Source: an uncultured Planctomycetota bacterium
Lineage (GTDB): Bacteria; Planctomycetota; PUPC01
DNA length: 38,519 nt
Assembly (NCBI GenBank): GCA_964490295.1
Contig: CAZBCO010000195.1
Location: forward strand, 1-38,519
Direction of reading: 5' to 3'
Part shown: positions 1 to 10,500 of the stretch, in pieces
How positions within the stretch are numbered: the stretch's first letter is position 1
Layout of the letters: each line of letters starts with the position of its first letter
The notes under the pieces: model-generated
The model's database searches: none
What the model was told of the DNA's origin: nothing
The model's input: only the letters and a program-made list of their open reading frames with translations
Program-made: the position numbers and the translations under genes

Positions 1-319
1 AGCGGCAGCCGGTTGGCGTGTTAGTAAATGCACCCGCGAACTAGATTCCGGTAAAGGTATTGCTGCAGCGCAACTGGAGCGTTCAAGCAGCGCAAGCAAA
101 TCGCAGGGCAAGTACGCTCCATTAGCCAAATACCTGCAAAACTTACCGAAAGAAACACAATCGGTCTGCATTAGCATATCAGATGTTGAGGACATCATTA
201 AGTCCGATTTGCCGGCAAGCGCGAAGCAGCATGATGCCTATTGGCGTAATACCACTCACAATCCACTTGGCGTCGCAATAGCGGCAGCCGGTTGGCGTGT
301 TAGTGAATGCATCCGCGAA
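1..319 (+). repeat. 40-nt imperfect direct repeat (1-40 and 280-319) bracketing a 239-nt lower-GC segment, all in frame with rpoC
   Basis: agcggcagccggttggcgtgttagtAaatgcaCccgcgaa versus agcggcagccggttggcgtgttagtGaatgcaTccgcgaa. Identity is 38/40. Spacing is exactly 279 nt (93 codons). Both mismatches are nonsynonymous (K/E, T/I). Confidence 0.9.
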
Positions 320-2305
320 ATTGTCGGCGCCCGCATCGAACGCATCTCGACCATCAACCCGCTGTGGTGCATGTTCGACAGCGGCGCCCGTGGTAGCGCG
401 ATGCAGATCCGCCAGATGGCCGGGATGCGCGGCCTGATGGCCAAGCCGTCGGGCGAAATTATGGAGACACCGATTAAGGCGAACTTCCGCGAAGGCCTGC
501 CCGTGCTGGAATACTTCAGCTCGACGCACGGCGGTCGCAAGGGCCTGGCCGACACCGCCCTGAAGACCGCCGAGTCCGGCTACCTGACCCGCAAGCTGGC
601 CGACGTGGCCCAGCAGGTGGTGGTCGGGATGCAGGACTGCGGCACCACCAACGGCATCACCAAGACCGCAGGCACGGTGGGCCTGGCCAAGAACATCTAT
701 GGCCGCGTCGCGGGCGAAACGGTCATCGACCGCAAGAACGATACGTTGATTGTCGAAGAAGGCCAGGTGATCACCGCCGATATCGCCCGCGCGGTTGAAG
801 ACCTCGGCTTTGACAGCATGAAGGTGCGCTCGCCCCTGACCTGCGAGGCGTCCAAGGGCATCTGCGCCCGATGCTACGGGATGGACCTCTCGACGCAGCA
901 GTTGGTCGAAGAGGGCTTGGCGGTGGGCATCATCGCCGCCCAGTCGATCGGCGAGCCGGGTACCCAGCTCACCATGCGGACGTTCCACATCGGCGGCGTC
1001 GCCACCACAGCCGGCTCCGAGCCGGACCGCGTGGTGGCCCCCGCGGCCGGAACCATTCACTACGAGAACATCGTCAGCGTCGAAGGCCCGGAAGGCGACC
1101 ACGTGGTGCTGAACCAGAACGGCAGCCTGGTCCTTCGCGACGCCGAGGAGCACGAGTTGGGCACCTACCCGATGCGTATCGGCGCGAAGCTGCTGGTCAA
1201 GGACGGCGGCAAGGTCTCGGCCAAGAAGGTGCTGGCCACCTGGGACCCGCACATGAGCCCGATCGTCACCGAGAAGAGCGGCACGGTACGCTTCATCGAC
1301 ATCGAAGAAGGCGAGACGATGCGGAAGGAGATCGACTCGGGCGGTTCCGAGCGTTCCGTGATTGTCGAGCACAAGGGCGACCTGCACCCGCAGATTATGA
1401 TTGAGGACCGCAAGGGCGACATTCTGGGCATCTATTCGATTCCCGAAAAGGCCTATATCGAGGTGGAAGAGGGCGAGTCGGTCAAGGCCGGAGCGCTCTT
1501 GGCCCGTACCCCGCGCCAGATGGGCCGCACCCAGGACATCACCGCTGGCCTGCCGCGCGTCACCGAGCTGTTCGAGGCCCGCAAGCCGAAGGACCCGGCG
1601 ATTATGAGCGAGATTTCGGGCATTGTGCAGCTCGGCGAGCGGAAGCGCGGGCGGCGCTCGATCATCGTCCGCAACGATGCCGCCGATATCGAGCAGGAGC
1701 ACCTGGTACCCCAGGGCAAGCGCCTGCTGGTCACCGCCGGCAGCCCGGTGCGTGAGGGCGATCCGCTGGTCGACGGCCCGATGGTCCCGCACGACATCCT
1801 GCGCATCAAGGGCGAAGAGGAGCTTCAGAAGTATCTGCTGAACGAGGTGCAGAACGTGTACCGCTTCTGCGGCGAAGAAATCAACGACAAGCACATCGAG
1901 GTGATCATCGGCCAGATGCTGCGCAAGGTGGAGGTGGGCGAGGACGTGGGCGACACCGGCCTGCTGCCCGGCTCCATCGTCGATAAGTTCGAGTTCCGAA
2001 CCGAGAACGAGCGGGTGGTGGAGCAGGGCGGTCGCCCGGCGAGCGCGTCGTCGCTGTTGCTGGGCATCACCAAGGCCGCGCTCCGAAGCGAGAGCTTCAT
2101 CTCCGCGGCGTCGTTCCAGGAGACCACCAAGGTGTTGACCGAGGCGGCTCTGGCCGGAAAGCGGGACGACCTGACCGGCCTGAAGGAGAACGTGATTCTT
2201 GGACATATGGTGCCGGCCGGGACCGGGTTCCACAAATACCGTAACGCGTTGATGAAGAAGGAAGAAGAGCTGCCCGAAGATGATACCACCGAGGCAGCCG
2301 GTTAA
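2..2305 (+). CDS. rpoC: DNA-directed RNA polymerase subunit beta-prime, C-terminal part (5' end outside window; first ~106 codons atypical)
   Basis: Frame is open from nt 2. Motifs seen: [143 protein letters not shown]. Stop TAA at 2303-2305. Confidence 0.95.
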   Translation, partial: AAAGWRVSKCTRELDSGKGIAAAQLERSSSASKSQGKYAPLAKYLQNLPKETQSVCISISDVEDIIKSDLPASAKQHDAYWRNTTHNPLGVAIAAAGWRVSECIREIVGARIERISTINPLWCMFDSGARGSAMQIRQMAGMRGLMAKPSGEIMETPIKANFREGLPVLEYFSSTHGGRKGLADTALKTAESGYLTRKLADVAQQVVVGMQDCGTTNGITKTAGTVGLAKNIYGRVAGETVIDRKNDTLIVEEGQVITADIARAVEDLGFDSMKVRSPLTCEASKGICARCYGMDLSTQQLVEEGLAVGIIAAQSIGEPGTQLTMRTFHIGGVATTAGSEPDRVVAPAAGTIHYENIVSVEGPEGDHVVLNQNGSLVLRDAEEHELGTYPMRIGAKLLVKDGGKVSAKKVLATWDPHMSPIVTEKSGTVRFIDIEEGETMRKEIDSGGSERSVIVEHKGDLHPQIMIEDRKGDILGIYSIPEKAYIEVEEGESVKAGALLARTPRQMGRTQDITAGLPRVTELFEARKPKDPAIMSEISGIVQLGERKRGRRSIIVRNDAADIEQEHLVPQGKRLLVTAGSPVREGDPLVDGPMVPHDILRIKGEEELQKYLLNEVQNVYRFCGEEINDKHIEVIIGQMLRKVEVGEDVGDTGLLPGSIVDKFEFRTENERVVEQGGRPASASSLLLGITKAALRSESFISAASFQETTKVLTEAALAGKRDDLTGLKENVILGHMVPAGTGFHKYRNALMKKEEELPEDDTTEAAG

Positions 2306-2323
2306 CCGGAAAGGAGACGTATT

Positions 2324-2695
<372 letters not shown>

Positions 2696-2712
2696 TGGAG
2701 AGGACGCTTTAG

Positions 2713-3186
2713 ATGGCGAAGAAATTCGAATCAACCGAACGGTTCCTGAAGCCCGACGTGAAGCACAACAACCGCCTCGCCGGGAAGTTCATCAATTGCA
2801 TTATGCTCGACGGCAAGAAGAGCACGGCGGAGAGCATCTTCTATGATGCCTTGGCGGTGATCGCCAAGCGCATCACCGATGTGCCGCCCATCGAGGTCTT
2901 CGAGAAGGCGATTGAGAACGTCAAACCCCAGATCGAGGTGCGCTCCAAGCGCGTCGGCGGCGCCACCTATCAGGTCCCGGTGCCCGTCAGCAGCAAGCGG
3001 CAGCTCAGCCTGTCGATTCGCTGGATTCGTGACGCGGTGCGCAAAGGCAAGGGCAAGCCCATGCACCTCAAGCTGGCCAACGAGCTGACCGCCGCGTACA
3101 ACCGCGAGGGCAGCGCGATGACCGTGCGCGAGAATATCCACAAGATGGCCGAGGCCAACAAGGCCTTCGCCCACTTCGCGTGGTAA
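2713..3186 (+). CDS. rpsG: 30S ribosomal protein S7
   Basis: 157 aa. Motifs KFINCIMLDGKKSTAESIFY, EVRSKRVGGATYQVPVPV, MAEANKAFAHFAW. Canonical position after rpsL. Confidence 0.97.
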   Translation: MAKKFESTERFLKPDVKHNNRLAGKFINCIMLDGKKSTAESIFYDALAVIAKRITDVPPIEVFEKAIENVKPQIEVRSKRVGGATYQVPVPVSSKRQLSLSIRWIRDAVRKGKGKPMHLKLANELTAAYNREGSAMTVRENIHKMAEANKAFAHFAW

Positions 3187-3206
3187 GCTCAATCAAGATT
3201 TCACGC

Positions 3207-3240
3207 CGAGCCGGCGGCCCGAGCTGGGGCCGTCGGCTCG
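3207..3240 (+). other. GC-rich 14-bp stem-loop in the rpsG-fusA spacer
   Basis: CGAGCCGGCGGCCC (3207-3220) pairs with GGGCCGTCGGCTCG (3227-3240). There is one G-U pair and a 6-nt loop. No U-run follows. Confidence 0.6.
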
Positions 3241-3254
3241 TTGCGTAGAAAAAA

Positions 3255-3285
3255 GGCTCCGTCCAACGGAGACCTTGAGTTTTTC
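3255..3285 (+). terminator. Putative weak intrinsic terminator or attenuator upstream of fusA
   Basis: An A-run, then stem CTCCGT/ACGGAG (3257-3262 / 3266-3271) with a 3-nt loop, extended by GG/CC across an A bulge, then ttgagTTTTT. The short loop and the distance to the T-run make it weak. Confidence 0.3.
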
Positions 3286-3328
3286 ATAAGACCAGCAGCT
3301 TACATAAGCTACAGATTAGAAAGCAGTT

Positions 3329-5389
3329 ATGACCTCGTTCAGCAAAAAACGTAACATTGGCGTGATGGCCCATATCGACGCCGGCAAGACCACCGTCTCC
3401 GAGCGCATTCTGTTCTACACCGGCGTTGAGCACCAGATGGGCGAGGTGCATAACGGCGCGGCCACGATGGACTGGATGGTCGAGGAGCGCGAGCGCGGCA
3501 TCACCATCACCTCCGCCGCGACTACCTGCTCCTGGCGCGGCTTCCAGATCAACATTATCGACACACCCGGCCACGTGGATTTTACGGCCGAGGTGGAGCG
3601 CAGCCTACGCGTGCTCGACGGCGCCGTGGCCGTGTTCTGCGGCGTGGCCGGGGTCCAGGCCCAGTCCGAAACCGTCTGGCGACAGGCCGACCGCTATCAT
3701 ATCCCCCGGATTTCGTTCATTAACAAGTTAGACCGCACCGGTGCCAACTTTGACAAGGCGGTGGACTCGCTGCGCACACGGCTGGGGGCCACGCCCCTGG
3801 TGCTTCAGATTCCGATTGGTCTGGAGAACAATCTGCGGGGTGTCGTTGACCTGGTGAAGATGAAAGCCATCGAATTCGATGTCGCTTCCCAGGGGCAAGA
3901 CTTTGTGGTGCGCGAGCTGGAGGGCGACCTGCTCCACGAAGCGGAGCTGCACCGAAGCGAATTGATCGACGTGCTGGCCGAGCACAGCGACCTGGTCGGC
4001 GAAAAATACGTTCATGAGGAGCCGATCACCGAAGAGGACTTGATGGCGGGCATCCGCGAAGCCACGTTGAAAGTGGCCGTCACCCCGGTGCTGTGCGGTT
4101 CGGCCCTCAAAAACTGCGGCATCCAGCCGGTGCTCGACGCGGTGTGCGACTTCCTGCCGTCGCCCGTCGAGGTCTCCGCCATCGAGGGCGTCAAACCCGG
4201 CACCGATGAAGTGGTCAGCCGTAAGCCAAGTCAGAAAGAGCCTTTAGCAGCCCTCGCGTTCAAGCTCTCCGCCGACCGCTATGGCGAACTGTGCTATGCT
4301 CGCATCTATTCCGGAACGCTGCACTCCGGCAAACGCCTCTACAACGCCACCCGTGAACGGGTCGAACGAGTCAACCAGATATGGCGTATGCACGCCGACG
4401 ACCGGACGCCGATGGAGAGCGCCACAGTCGGCGACATTGTCGCCCTGGTGGGGCTTAAGTTCACGGCCACCGGCGATACCATCTGCGAGAAAGAGCACCC
4501 GATTATTCTGGAGCAGATGAAGTTCCCGGTCCCCGTGATCAGCCAGGCGATTGAGCCGAAGACCACGGCCGACCGCCAGAAATTGTCCGAAATCCTTGCC
4601 CAGCTTCAGAAAGAAGACCCCACCTTCCGCCGCCACGTCAACCCCGATACCGGCCAGACGATTATCAGCGGCATGGGCGAGCTGCACCTGGAGGTCTTGG
4701 TGCATCGGATGTTACGCGAGTTCGGGCTGGGTGCCAACGTGGGGCCGCCCCGCGTCGCCTACCGCGAGACCTTCCGCAAAAGCTGCGAAGCCGAGGGCAA
4801 ATATATCCAGCAAACCGGTGGGCGCGGCCAATACGGGCACGTCCGCATTCGCGTCGAGCCGTTCGAGAGCCTCGACGGCCCGACCGTGGAGGACGAAGTC
4901 AAGGGCGGCGAGCTGCCCCAGGAATATATCAGGGCGGCCGGCGAAGGCATTATGAACGCTGCGAGCGCCGGGCTGATGGCCAGCTATCCCATTATTAACA
5001 TTAAGGTTACGATTCTCGGCGGATCGTTCCACAGTGAAGACTCGTCCGACCTTGCCTTTGTGGCCGCGGCCAGCCGAGCCTTGCAGAACGCGGGCCGAGA
5101 AAGCGGGCTTAAGCTGCTCGAACCGCTGATGAAACTGGAAGTCACCGCTCCGGAGGCCTTTGTCGGAGACCTGATGAACGATCTGAACAGCCGCCGGGCC
5201 ACGATTCTGGACATGAATCTGGTCGGCGACCTGCGCGTGATCGACGCCAAGGTCCCCCTGGCCGAGCTGTTCGGCTATTCCACGACCATTCGCTCGCTCA
5301 CCCAGGGGCGGGCCACGCATACGATTGAGCCATTGGAATATGCCCCGGTGCCCGATGACTTGATGCCTAAAATCGTAGGCTTAATGTAA
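3329..5389 (+). CDS. fusA: Translation elongation factor G
   Basis: 686 aa. Motifs [85 protein letters not shown]. Confidence 0.97.
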   Translation: MTSFSKKRNIGVMAHIDAGKTTVSERILFYTGVEHQMGEVHNGAATMDWMVEERERGITITSAATTCSWRGFQINIIDTPGHVDFTAEVERSLRVLDGAVAVFCGVAGVQAQSETVWRQADRYHIPRISFINKLDRTGANFDKAVDSLRTRLGATPLVLQIPIGLENNLRGVVDLVKMKAIEFDVASQGQDFVVRELEGDLLHEAELHRSELIDVLAEHSDLVGEKYVHEEPITEEDLMAGIREATLKVAVTPVLCGSALKNCGIQPVLDAVCDFLPSPVEVSAIEGVKPGTDEVVSRKPSQKEPLAALAFKLSADRYGELCYARIYSGTLHSGKRLYNATRERVERVNQIWRMHADDRTPMESATVGDIVALVGLKFTATGDTICEKEHPIILEQMKFPVPVISQAIEPKTTADRQKLSEILAQLQKEDPTFRRHVNPDTGQTIISGMGELHLEVLVHRMLREFGLGANVGPPRVAYRETFRKSCEAEGKYIQQTGGRGQYGHVRIRVEPFESLDGPTVEDEVKGGELPQEYIRAAGEGIMNAASAGLMASYPIINIKVTILGGSFHSEDSSDLAFVAAASRALQNAGRESGLKLLEPLMKLEVTAPEAFVGDLMNDLNSRRATILDMNLVGDLRVIDAKVPLAELFGYSTTIRSLTQGRATHTIEPLEYAPVPDDLMPKIVGLM

Positions 5390-5562
5390 GGCCCCGTTTG
5401 ATTTTCGGACGGAACCGTGTCTAATGAATAACTTACGGCGATTTTCTTTTGCCCGCGCGATTTGCACGGCACTATATCTTGACGTTAGTAAATTGCTAAC
5501 ATACACCATAATGTTTTTACATTTTTTTACAACTCGGCTCGTCATAAACTGTCGATTTTCAC

Positions 5563-5590
5563 TTGACGGACGGCTTTGGAGTTCTATAAT
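5563..5590 (+). promoter_or_regulatory. Near-consensus sigma70-type promoter for the S10 operon
   Basis: TTGACG (5563-5568), 16-nt spacer, TATAAT (5585-5590). A/T-rich tract upstream (atgtttttacatttttttac). About 105 nt upstream of the rpsJ ATG. Leader contains hairpin GTTCGC-tggt-GCGAAC (5643-5658). Confidence 0.6.
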
Positions 5591-5702
5591 GAGCATCTTT
5601 TCACCTTTGGGGTACCGGGTTTACGGTGCTTCGGAGGGCTGAGTTCGCTGGTGCGAACGACGCTTGGAACGGGCCGCAAGGCGACTGGATTGGAGAGGCT
5701 GG

Positions 5703-6014
5703 ATGCCCAATCTGACGAGAATCAGGATTCGGATGGAAGCATACGACCACGAGGTGCTTGACCAATCGGCCGAGCAGATCGTGAACGCGGTGTTGCGCAC
5801 CGGGGCGAGCATCTCCGGCCCGGTACCGTTGCCGACGCGTATCGAGCGGTACACCGTGCTCCGGTCGCCGCACGTGGACAAGAAGTCCCGCGAGCAGTTC
5901 GAGATTCGGACGCACCGTCGCATTGTTGATATCATGTCACCGACCTCGCAGACCACGGACGCCCTGCAGAACCTCAGCGTCCCGGCCGGCGTCGGCATTC
6001 GAGTGAAGGCGTAA
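5703..6014 (+). CDS. rpsJ: 30S ribosomal protein S10
   Basis: [27 protein letters not shown]..., [42 protein letters not shown] 5703 follows GGAGAGG. The tracked ORF start at 5664 was trimmed. Confidence 0.95.
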   Translation: MPNLTRIRIRMEAYDHEVLDQSAEQIVNAVLRTGASISGPVPLPTRIERYTVLRSPHVDKKSREQFEIRTHRRIVDIMSPTSQTTDALQNLSVPAGVGIRVKA

Positions 6015-6019
6015 TCACG

Positions 6020-6667
6020 ATGTTGCAGTTTGATATTTATAATATGAACGGCGAGAAGGTGGACGTGCTGAGTATTGACGAGGCGACGTTCGGCGGCACG
6101 GTCAACAAGGCGGTCCTGCGTGAGGCGGTGCTGATGTATCAGGCCAACCGCCGAGCCGGCACCGCGAGCGCCAAGAACCGGTCGGAAGTGACCGGCACGC
6201 GCAAGAAGCCCTTCCGCCAGAAGGGAACCGGCCGCGCCCGCCAGGGTTCCTGGATCGCGCCCCACCATCGCGGCGGCGGCGTGCCCCACGGCCCGCACCC
6301 CCGCGACTACTCCTATGCGATCCCCAAGAAGGCCCGCCAGGCCGCCCTGAAGAGCGCCTTCCTCGACAAACTTCAGTCCGCCACCCGCGTGGTGGACCAG
6401 ATCGAGCTGGAGCAGCCCAAAACACGGGCCATCGCCGATATGCTCGCGGCCCTGGACGTCAATGGTTCCTGCCTGATCGCCACGCTCGGCGCGTCCGACA
6501 GCGTGGTCAAATCGGTGCGGAACCTGCCCAAGGTCACGATCAAGCGGATGAGCGACATCAACGCCTGGGACCTGCTCAGGCCGAAGCAATTTGTGGTCAC
6601 TCGCGCGGCGCTCGAAAGCGTCGTCGAACGGTTCAGCAACGAAGACAACAAAGACGGTAAAGTCTGA
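6020..6667 (+). CDS. rplD: 50S ribosomal protein L4
   Basis: 215 aa. Motif [37 protein letters not shown]. Confidence 0.96.
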   Translation: MLQFDIYNMNGEKVDVLSIDEATFGGTVNKAVLREAVLMYQANRRAGTASAKNRSEVTGTRKKPFRQKGTGRARQGSWIAPHHRGGGVPHGPHPRDYSYAIPKKARQAALKSAFLDKLQSATRVVDQIELEQPKTRAIADMLAALDVNGSCLIATLGASDSVVKSVRNLPKVTIKRMSDINAWDLLRPKQFVVTRAALESVVERFSNEDNKDGKV

Positions 6668-6972
6668 TGAACGATCCGAGAAAAGTCATCATCGAGCCGG
6701 TTGTCACCGAGAAGAGCACCGAGCTGATCGAACGGCCGAACAAGCAGGGCGAGCCGGAAAACGCCTACACCTTCAAGGTGGCGAAGAAGGCCCGCAAGCC
6801 CGAAATCGGGCAGGCCGTCGAAGCGATCTTCAACGTCAAAGTCAAGTCGGTCCGAACGCTATGGCGGCGCGGCAAGGTGCGGCGCGGCCGACGTGGCGGC
6901 ACCAGCCACACGCCGGACTGGAAAAAGGCCGTGGTCACTCTTCAGCCCGGCCACAGAATCGAGTTGCACTAA
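6667..6972 (+). CDS. rplW: 50S ribosomal protein L23
   Basis: 101 aa. Motifs [40 protein letters not shown] overlap with the rplD stop. Confidence 0.95.
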   Translation: MNDPRKVIIEPVVTEKSTELIERPNKQGEPENAYTFKVAKKARKPEIGQAVEAIFNVKVKSVRTLWRRGKVRRGRRGGTSHTPDWKKAVVTLQPGHRIELH

Positions 6973-6973
6973 T

Positions 6974-7807
6974 ATGCCGATCAAACAGAGAAAACCCACG
7001 ACGCCCGGCCAACGCACGATGCAATACTCGGACTTTGCCGAGATCACGTGTACGACGCCGGAAAAATCGCTGACCGAGCCGCTGAAGAAGTCGGGTGGCC
7101 GCAACGCCACCGGCCGGATGACGATGCGCCGCCGCGGTGGCGGGCACAAGCGCCGGTACCGCATTATCGACTTCAAGCGCAACAAGCACGGCGTGCCGGC
7201 CAAGGTCGCTACCATCGAGTACGATCCGAACCGTACCGCCCGGATTGCCCTGTTGCATTACGTGGACGGCGAGAAGCGCTACATCCTGGCCCCGCGCGGG
7301 CTGGCGGTGGGCCAGATGGTGGTCTCCGGTGAGGAGGTCGAGCCGCGTGTCGGCAACGCCCTCCCGCTGAAGAACGTCCCCCCGGGCACCCCGATTCATA
7401 ACCTGGAGCTGGTCCCCGGCGCGGGCGGCAAACTGGTTCGCGGCGCCGGCGTCTCCGCCACCTTGCAGGCCAAAGAAGGCAAGTATGGCCTGGTCGCTCT
7501 GCCGTCCGGTGAAATTCGCAAGATTCACTTGAACTGCTATTGCACCATCGGCCAGATGGGCAACGTGGATCACTCGAAGATCAGCTTGGGCAAGGCGGGC
7601 CGCAGCCGCTGGCTTGGCCGCCGTCCCAAGGTGCGCGGTATGGCGATGAACCCGGTCGCCCACCCGATGGGTGGTGGCGAAGGCCGCGCAGGCGGCGGAC
7701 GGGTCCCGGTTTCGCCCTGGGGCAAGCCCGCCAAGGGCGGGAAGACCCGCAGCAAGCGGGCCACGTCGAACACGTTTATCGTGCGCCGTCGCAGCAAGAC
7801 CCGATAG
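6974..7807 (+). CDS. rplB: 50S ribosomal protein L2
   Basis: [14 protein letters not shown]..., [49 protein letters not shown]. Tracked ORF (6893) trimmed to the ATG just after the rplW stop. Confidence 0.96.
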   Translation: MPIKQRKPTTPGQRTMQYSDFAEITCTTPEKSLTEPLKKSGGRNATGRMTMRRRGGGHKRRYRIIDFKRNKHGVPAKVATIEYDPNRTARIALLHYVDGEKRYILAPRGLAVGQMVVSGEEVEPRVGNALPLKNVPPGTPIHNLELVPGAGGKLVRGAGVSATLQAKEGKYGLVALPSGEIRKIHLNCYCTIGQMGNVDHSKISLGKAGRSRWLGRRPKVRGMAMNPVAHPMGGGEGRAGGGRVPVSPWGKPAKGGKTRSKRATSNTFIVRRRSKTR

Positions 7808-7825
7808 AGTCCGTAAGGAGTTGAC

Positions 7826-8089
7826 ATGTCGCGTTCGGTGAAAAAGGGCCCTTATGTGGCCGAGAAGCTGCTGAAGAAGGTCGAGCGGTCCGTCAATCGC
7901 GGCGGCGTCGAGCCGATTCAGACCTGGTCGCGGGCGTCGGTCATCATTCCCGACTTTGTGGGCCAGACGTTTATGGTGCATAACGGCCGCACGTTCACCC
8001 GTGTGTACGTGACGGAAAACATGGTCGGCCATCGGCTGGGCGAGTTTTCGCCCACCCGGGTCTTCCGGGGCCATTCGGGCCGGAAATAG
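7826..8089 (+). CDS. rpsS: 30S ribosomal protein S19
   Basis: [11 protein letters not shown]..., [39 protein letters not shown]. Confidence 0.97.
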   Translation: MSRSVKKGPYVAEKLLKKVERSVNRGGVEPIQTWSRASVIIPDFVGQTFMVHNGRTFTRVYVTENMVGHRLGEFSPTRVFRGHSGRK

Positions 8090-8122
8090 TACGAACGCTC
8101 TTCCAGGAGCAGGAACAGGACG

Positions 8123-8461
8123 ATGGAAGCCAAAGCAAGACATCAGCACGCGAGAGTGTCGCCCACCAAGGTGCGGCCGGTCGCCAAACTGATCAAGAAC
8201 ATGCCGTTGCCCACCGCGTTGGATACGCTGCGCGTCAGCAACCTGCGCGGGGCTCGGCTGCTGGAAAAGGTGGTCAAGTCGGCTTGGGCCAATGCCATTG
8301 AAAAAGGCGGCCGACTCGACGAGGACGATTTTTACGTGACACGTGCGTATGTGGACGAAGCCCCGACGCTGAAGCGTTGGCGGGCCGGCGACCGAGGCCG
8401 AGTCCGGCCTATCTTGAAGCGCGGCTGCCACATCGCCGTGGTTTTGTCTGACCAGAGGTAA
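8123..8461 (+). CDS. rplV: 50S ribosomal protein L22
   Basis: 112 aa. Motifs ARVSPTKVRPVAKLIKN, YVDEAPTLKRWRAGDRGRVRPILKRGCHI. Confidence 0.96.
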   Translation: MEAKARHQHARVSPTKVRPVAKLIKNMPLPTALDTLRVSNLRGARLLEKVVKSAWANAIEKGGRLDEDDFYVTRAYVDEAPTLKRWRAGDRGRVRPILKRGCHIAVVLSDQR

Positions 8462-8464
8462 AGT

Positions 8465-9199
8465 ATGGGCCAGAAGATCAACCCCATCTCGCTGCGGCTG
8501 GGCATCACCGAATCCTGGCGGAGCCGGTGGTTCGCCGACAAGAAGCAATTCGGCGAATTGCTGGTCGCCGACCAGAAGATTCGGAGCTTCATCCACAAGC
8601 ACTACGAATTCGCGGGCATCCCGCGCATCGACATCGAGCGCACCAGTGCCCAAGCCCGGATTGCCTTGCACTGCGCTCGGCCGGGCGTGATCATCGGGCG
8701 CAAGGGCCAGGAAGTCGAACGGCTGCGTTCGGAGCTTGAGGCCCTCGCCGGGTGCCAGGTACACATTGACATCAAAGAGATCGCGAAGCCCGAAATGAGC
8801 TCCGGGCTGATCGGCCAGAGCATCTCCGAGCAGCTGAAGAAGCGCGCGGCGTATCGCCGGGTGCTGCGCAAGTCTGCCGAGACGGCGATTGAAGCCGGGG
8901 CTTTGGGCGTGAAGATCGAGCTCTCCGGCCGCCTCGGCGGGGCCGAGATGCGTCGGCGCGAGCGCGTGACGCTGGGCATGATCCCGCTGCACACGCTGGA
9001 TGCCTACATTGACTATTCCTTGACCAAGTGCGTCACCACCTACGGCGTGATTGGCGTCAAGGTCTGGGTGTACAACGGCGAAAAGCAAAGCCTGAAGGGC
9101 CAAAGCGCCCCGGCAGCCCGTTCGAAGCCGGCCGGCGCTCCCGCTGAAGATGTGAATCCCGCTGCGGCACCGGGCGCCGCGGTGGAAGGAGTGAACTGA
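8465..9199 (+). CDS. rpsC: 30S ribosomal protein S3 (Ala/Pro-rich C-terminal tail)
   Basis: [14 protein letters not shown]..., KH-domain [25 protein letters not shown]. Confidence 0.97.
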   Translation: MGQKINPISLRLGITESWRSRWFADKKQFGELLVADQKIRSFIHKHYEFAGIPRIDIERTSAQARIALHCARPGVIIGRKGQEVERLRSELEALAGCQVHIDIKEIAKPEMSSGLIGQSISEQLKKRAAYRRVLRKSAETAIEAGALGVKIELSGRLGGAEMRRRERVTLGMIPLHTLDAYIDYSLTKCVTTYGVIGVKVWVYNGEKQSLKGQSAPAARSKPAGAPAEDVNPAAAPGAAVEGVN

Positions 9200-9618
9200 T
9201 GCCCCTGATGCCCAAGAGAGTCAAGCACCGCAAGGTTCAGCGCGGTCGCATAAAGGGCGAAGCCACGCGAGGCAACTATGTTGCGTTCGGTGATTACGGC
9301 CTCCAGAGCCTCGAACCGGGGTGGATTACCGCCCGCCAGATCGAAGCCGGCCGCGTCGCCATCAGCCACTATCTGGCCCGCGAGGGCAAGCTGTGGATTC
9401 GCGTCTTCCCGCACAAGTCCGTCACCGCACGGGCCGCCGAGACCCGGATGGGCAGCGGCAAAGGCGAGCCGGAATTCTGGGTCGCCGAGGTCAAGCCCGG
9501 CACGGTGATTATCGAAGTCGGCGGCGTCCCCGAAGAGGCGGCCATCGCCGCCCTCAACCGGGCCGCCCACAAGTTCCCCCTTCGTATGAAACTGGCCCAC
9601 AGGAGGCATGCCTGGTGA
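9199..9618 (+). CDS. rplP: 50S ribosomal protein L16
   Basis: [17 protein letters not shown]..., [34 protein letters not shown]. Confidence 0.97.
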   Translation: MPLMPKRVKHRKVQRGRIKGEATRGNYVAFGDYGLQSLEPGWITARQIEAGRVAISHYLAREGKLWIRVFPHKSVTARAAETRMGSGKGEPEFWVAEVKPGTVIIEVGGVPEEAAIAALNRAAHKFPLRMKLAHRRHAW

Positions 9619-9857
9619 AGCCGTCCGAAATCAGAGCCTTATCCGATGCCGAGCTGTTCAATGAGCTGGAAAACGCCGAGCAGCGTCAGTTTAACCTGCA
9701 CTTCCAGCGCACCACCCAGAACTTGGAGAGCACCGCGGAGTTGGGCAAGATACGAAAAGATATCGCCCGGTTGCGGACCATTATGGCTGAGCGAGCGCTG
9801 GAGCGCTCCGACGCGAACCGCCCCGAGGCCGATCAGAGTGAGGCGTCCGAATCATGA
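9615..9857 (+). CDS. rpmC: 50S ribosomal protein L29
   Basis: [31 protein letters not shown]... GTG 9615 overlaps the rplP stop (GTGA). AGGAGG at 9601-9606. Confidence 0.9.
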   Translation: MKPSEIRALSDAELFNELENAEQRQFNLHFQRTTQNLESTAELGKIRKDIARLRTIMAERALERSDANRPEADQSEASES

Positions 9858-10120
9858 GCACGGAACGTAAGCCCCCACGGGCGGTGACCGGTGTGGTCAC
9901 CAGCAGCAAAATGAACAAGACCATTGTGGTCAAGGCCCAGCGCATGGTGCAGCACCCGCTGTACCGCAAGTATGTGCGCCGAGCCGAGGTGTTCAAGGCG
10001 CATGACGAGAATAACGAAGCCCGCTTGGGCGCACGGGTGCGCATCGCTGCCACCCGCCCGCTGAGCAAAACCAAGCGCTGGCGTCTGGTCGAAATCTTGG
10101 AACAAGGACAGGAAGCCTGA
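9854..10120 (+). CDS. rpsQ: 30S ribosomal protein S17
   Basis: 88 aa. Motifs VTGVVTSSKMNKTIVV, HPLYRKYVRR, RPLSKTKRWRLVEI. Confidence 0.96.
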   Translation: MSTERKPPRAVTGVVTSSKMNKTIVVKAQRMVQHPLYRKYVRRAEVFKAHDENNEARLGARVRIAATRPLSKTKRWRLVEILEQGQEA

Positions 10121-10123
10121 GTC

Positions 10124-10492
10124 ATGATTCAAGCGGAAACCCGGCTGGATGTGGCGGATAACAGCGGTGCGAAGCGCGTCGCCTGTATTAAGGTGCTGGG
10201 CGGCAGCCGCCGGCGCTACGCCAACATCGGCGACATTATTGTGCTGAGCGTCAAGAAGGCCGCCCCCAACGCCCCGATCAAGCAGGGCGAAGTCTGCCGC
10301 GGTGTGATCGTGCGAAGCACCAAGGGCCTGAGGCGGGCCGACGGGTCCTATGTCAAGTTCGACTCCAACGCCGTGGTGATTATCGGCGAGGATAAGAACC
10401 CGCGAGGCACGCGCATCTTCGGAGCCGTCCCCCGCGAGCTTCGGACCAAGAACTTTATGAAGATCATTTCCCTGGCGTCCGAGGTGGTGTGA
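10124..10492 (+). CDS. rplN: 50S ribosomal protein L14
   Basis: [28 protein letters not shown]..., RFDSNAVV-type core, [10 protein letters not shown]. Confidence 0.97.
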   Translation: MIQAETRLDVADNSGAKRVACIKVLGGSRRRYANIGDIIVLSVKKAAPNAPIKQGEVCRGVIVRSTKGLRRADGSYVKFDSNAVVIIGEDKNPRGTRIFGAVPRELRTKNFMKIISLASEVV

Positions 10493-10500
10493 GGAAACCG

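Noticed and set aside
5479-5512. A second promoter-like TTGACG at 5479-5484
   Set aside because: No acceptable -10 hexamer lies at 16-18 nt spacing. CATAAT lies 22 nt away. It is therefore not called.
5275-5761. Small ORFs (61-72 aa) in the fusA-rpsJ spacer
   Set aside because: This is an AT-rich intergenic region with promoter and leader features. The ORFs have no SD or homology and overlap each other and the rpsJ leader.
6935-9103. 722-aa minus-strand ORF opposite rplB-rpsC
   Set aside because: Same reasoning. It overlaps five highly conserved ribosomal protein genes on the other strand and has shadow-ORF composition.
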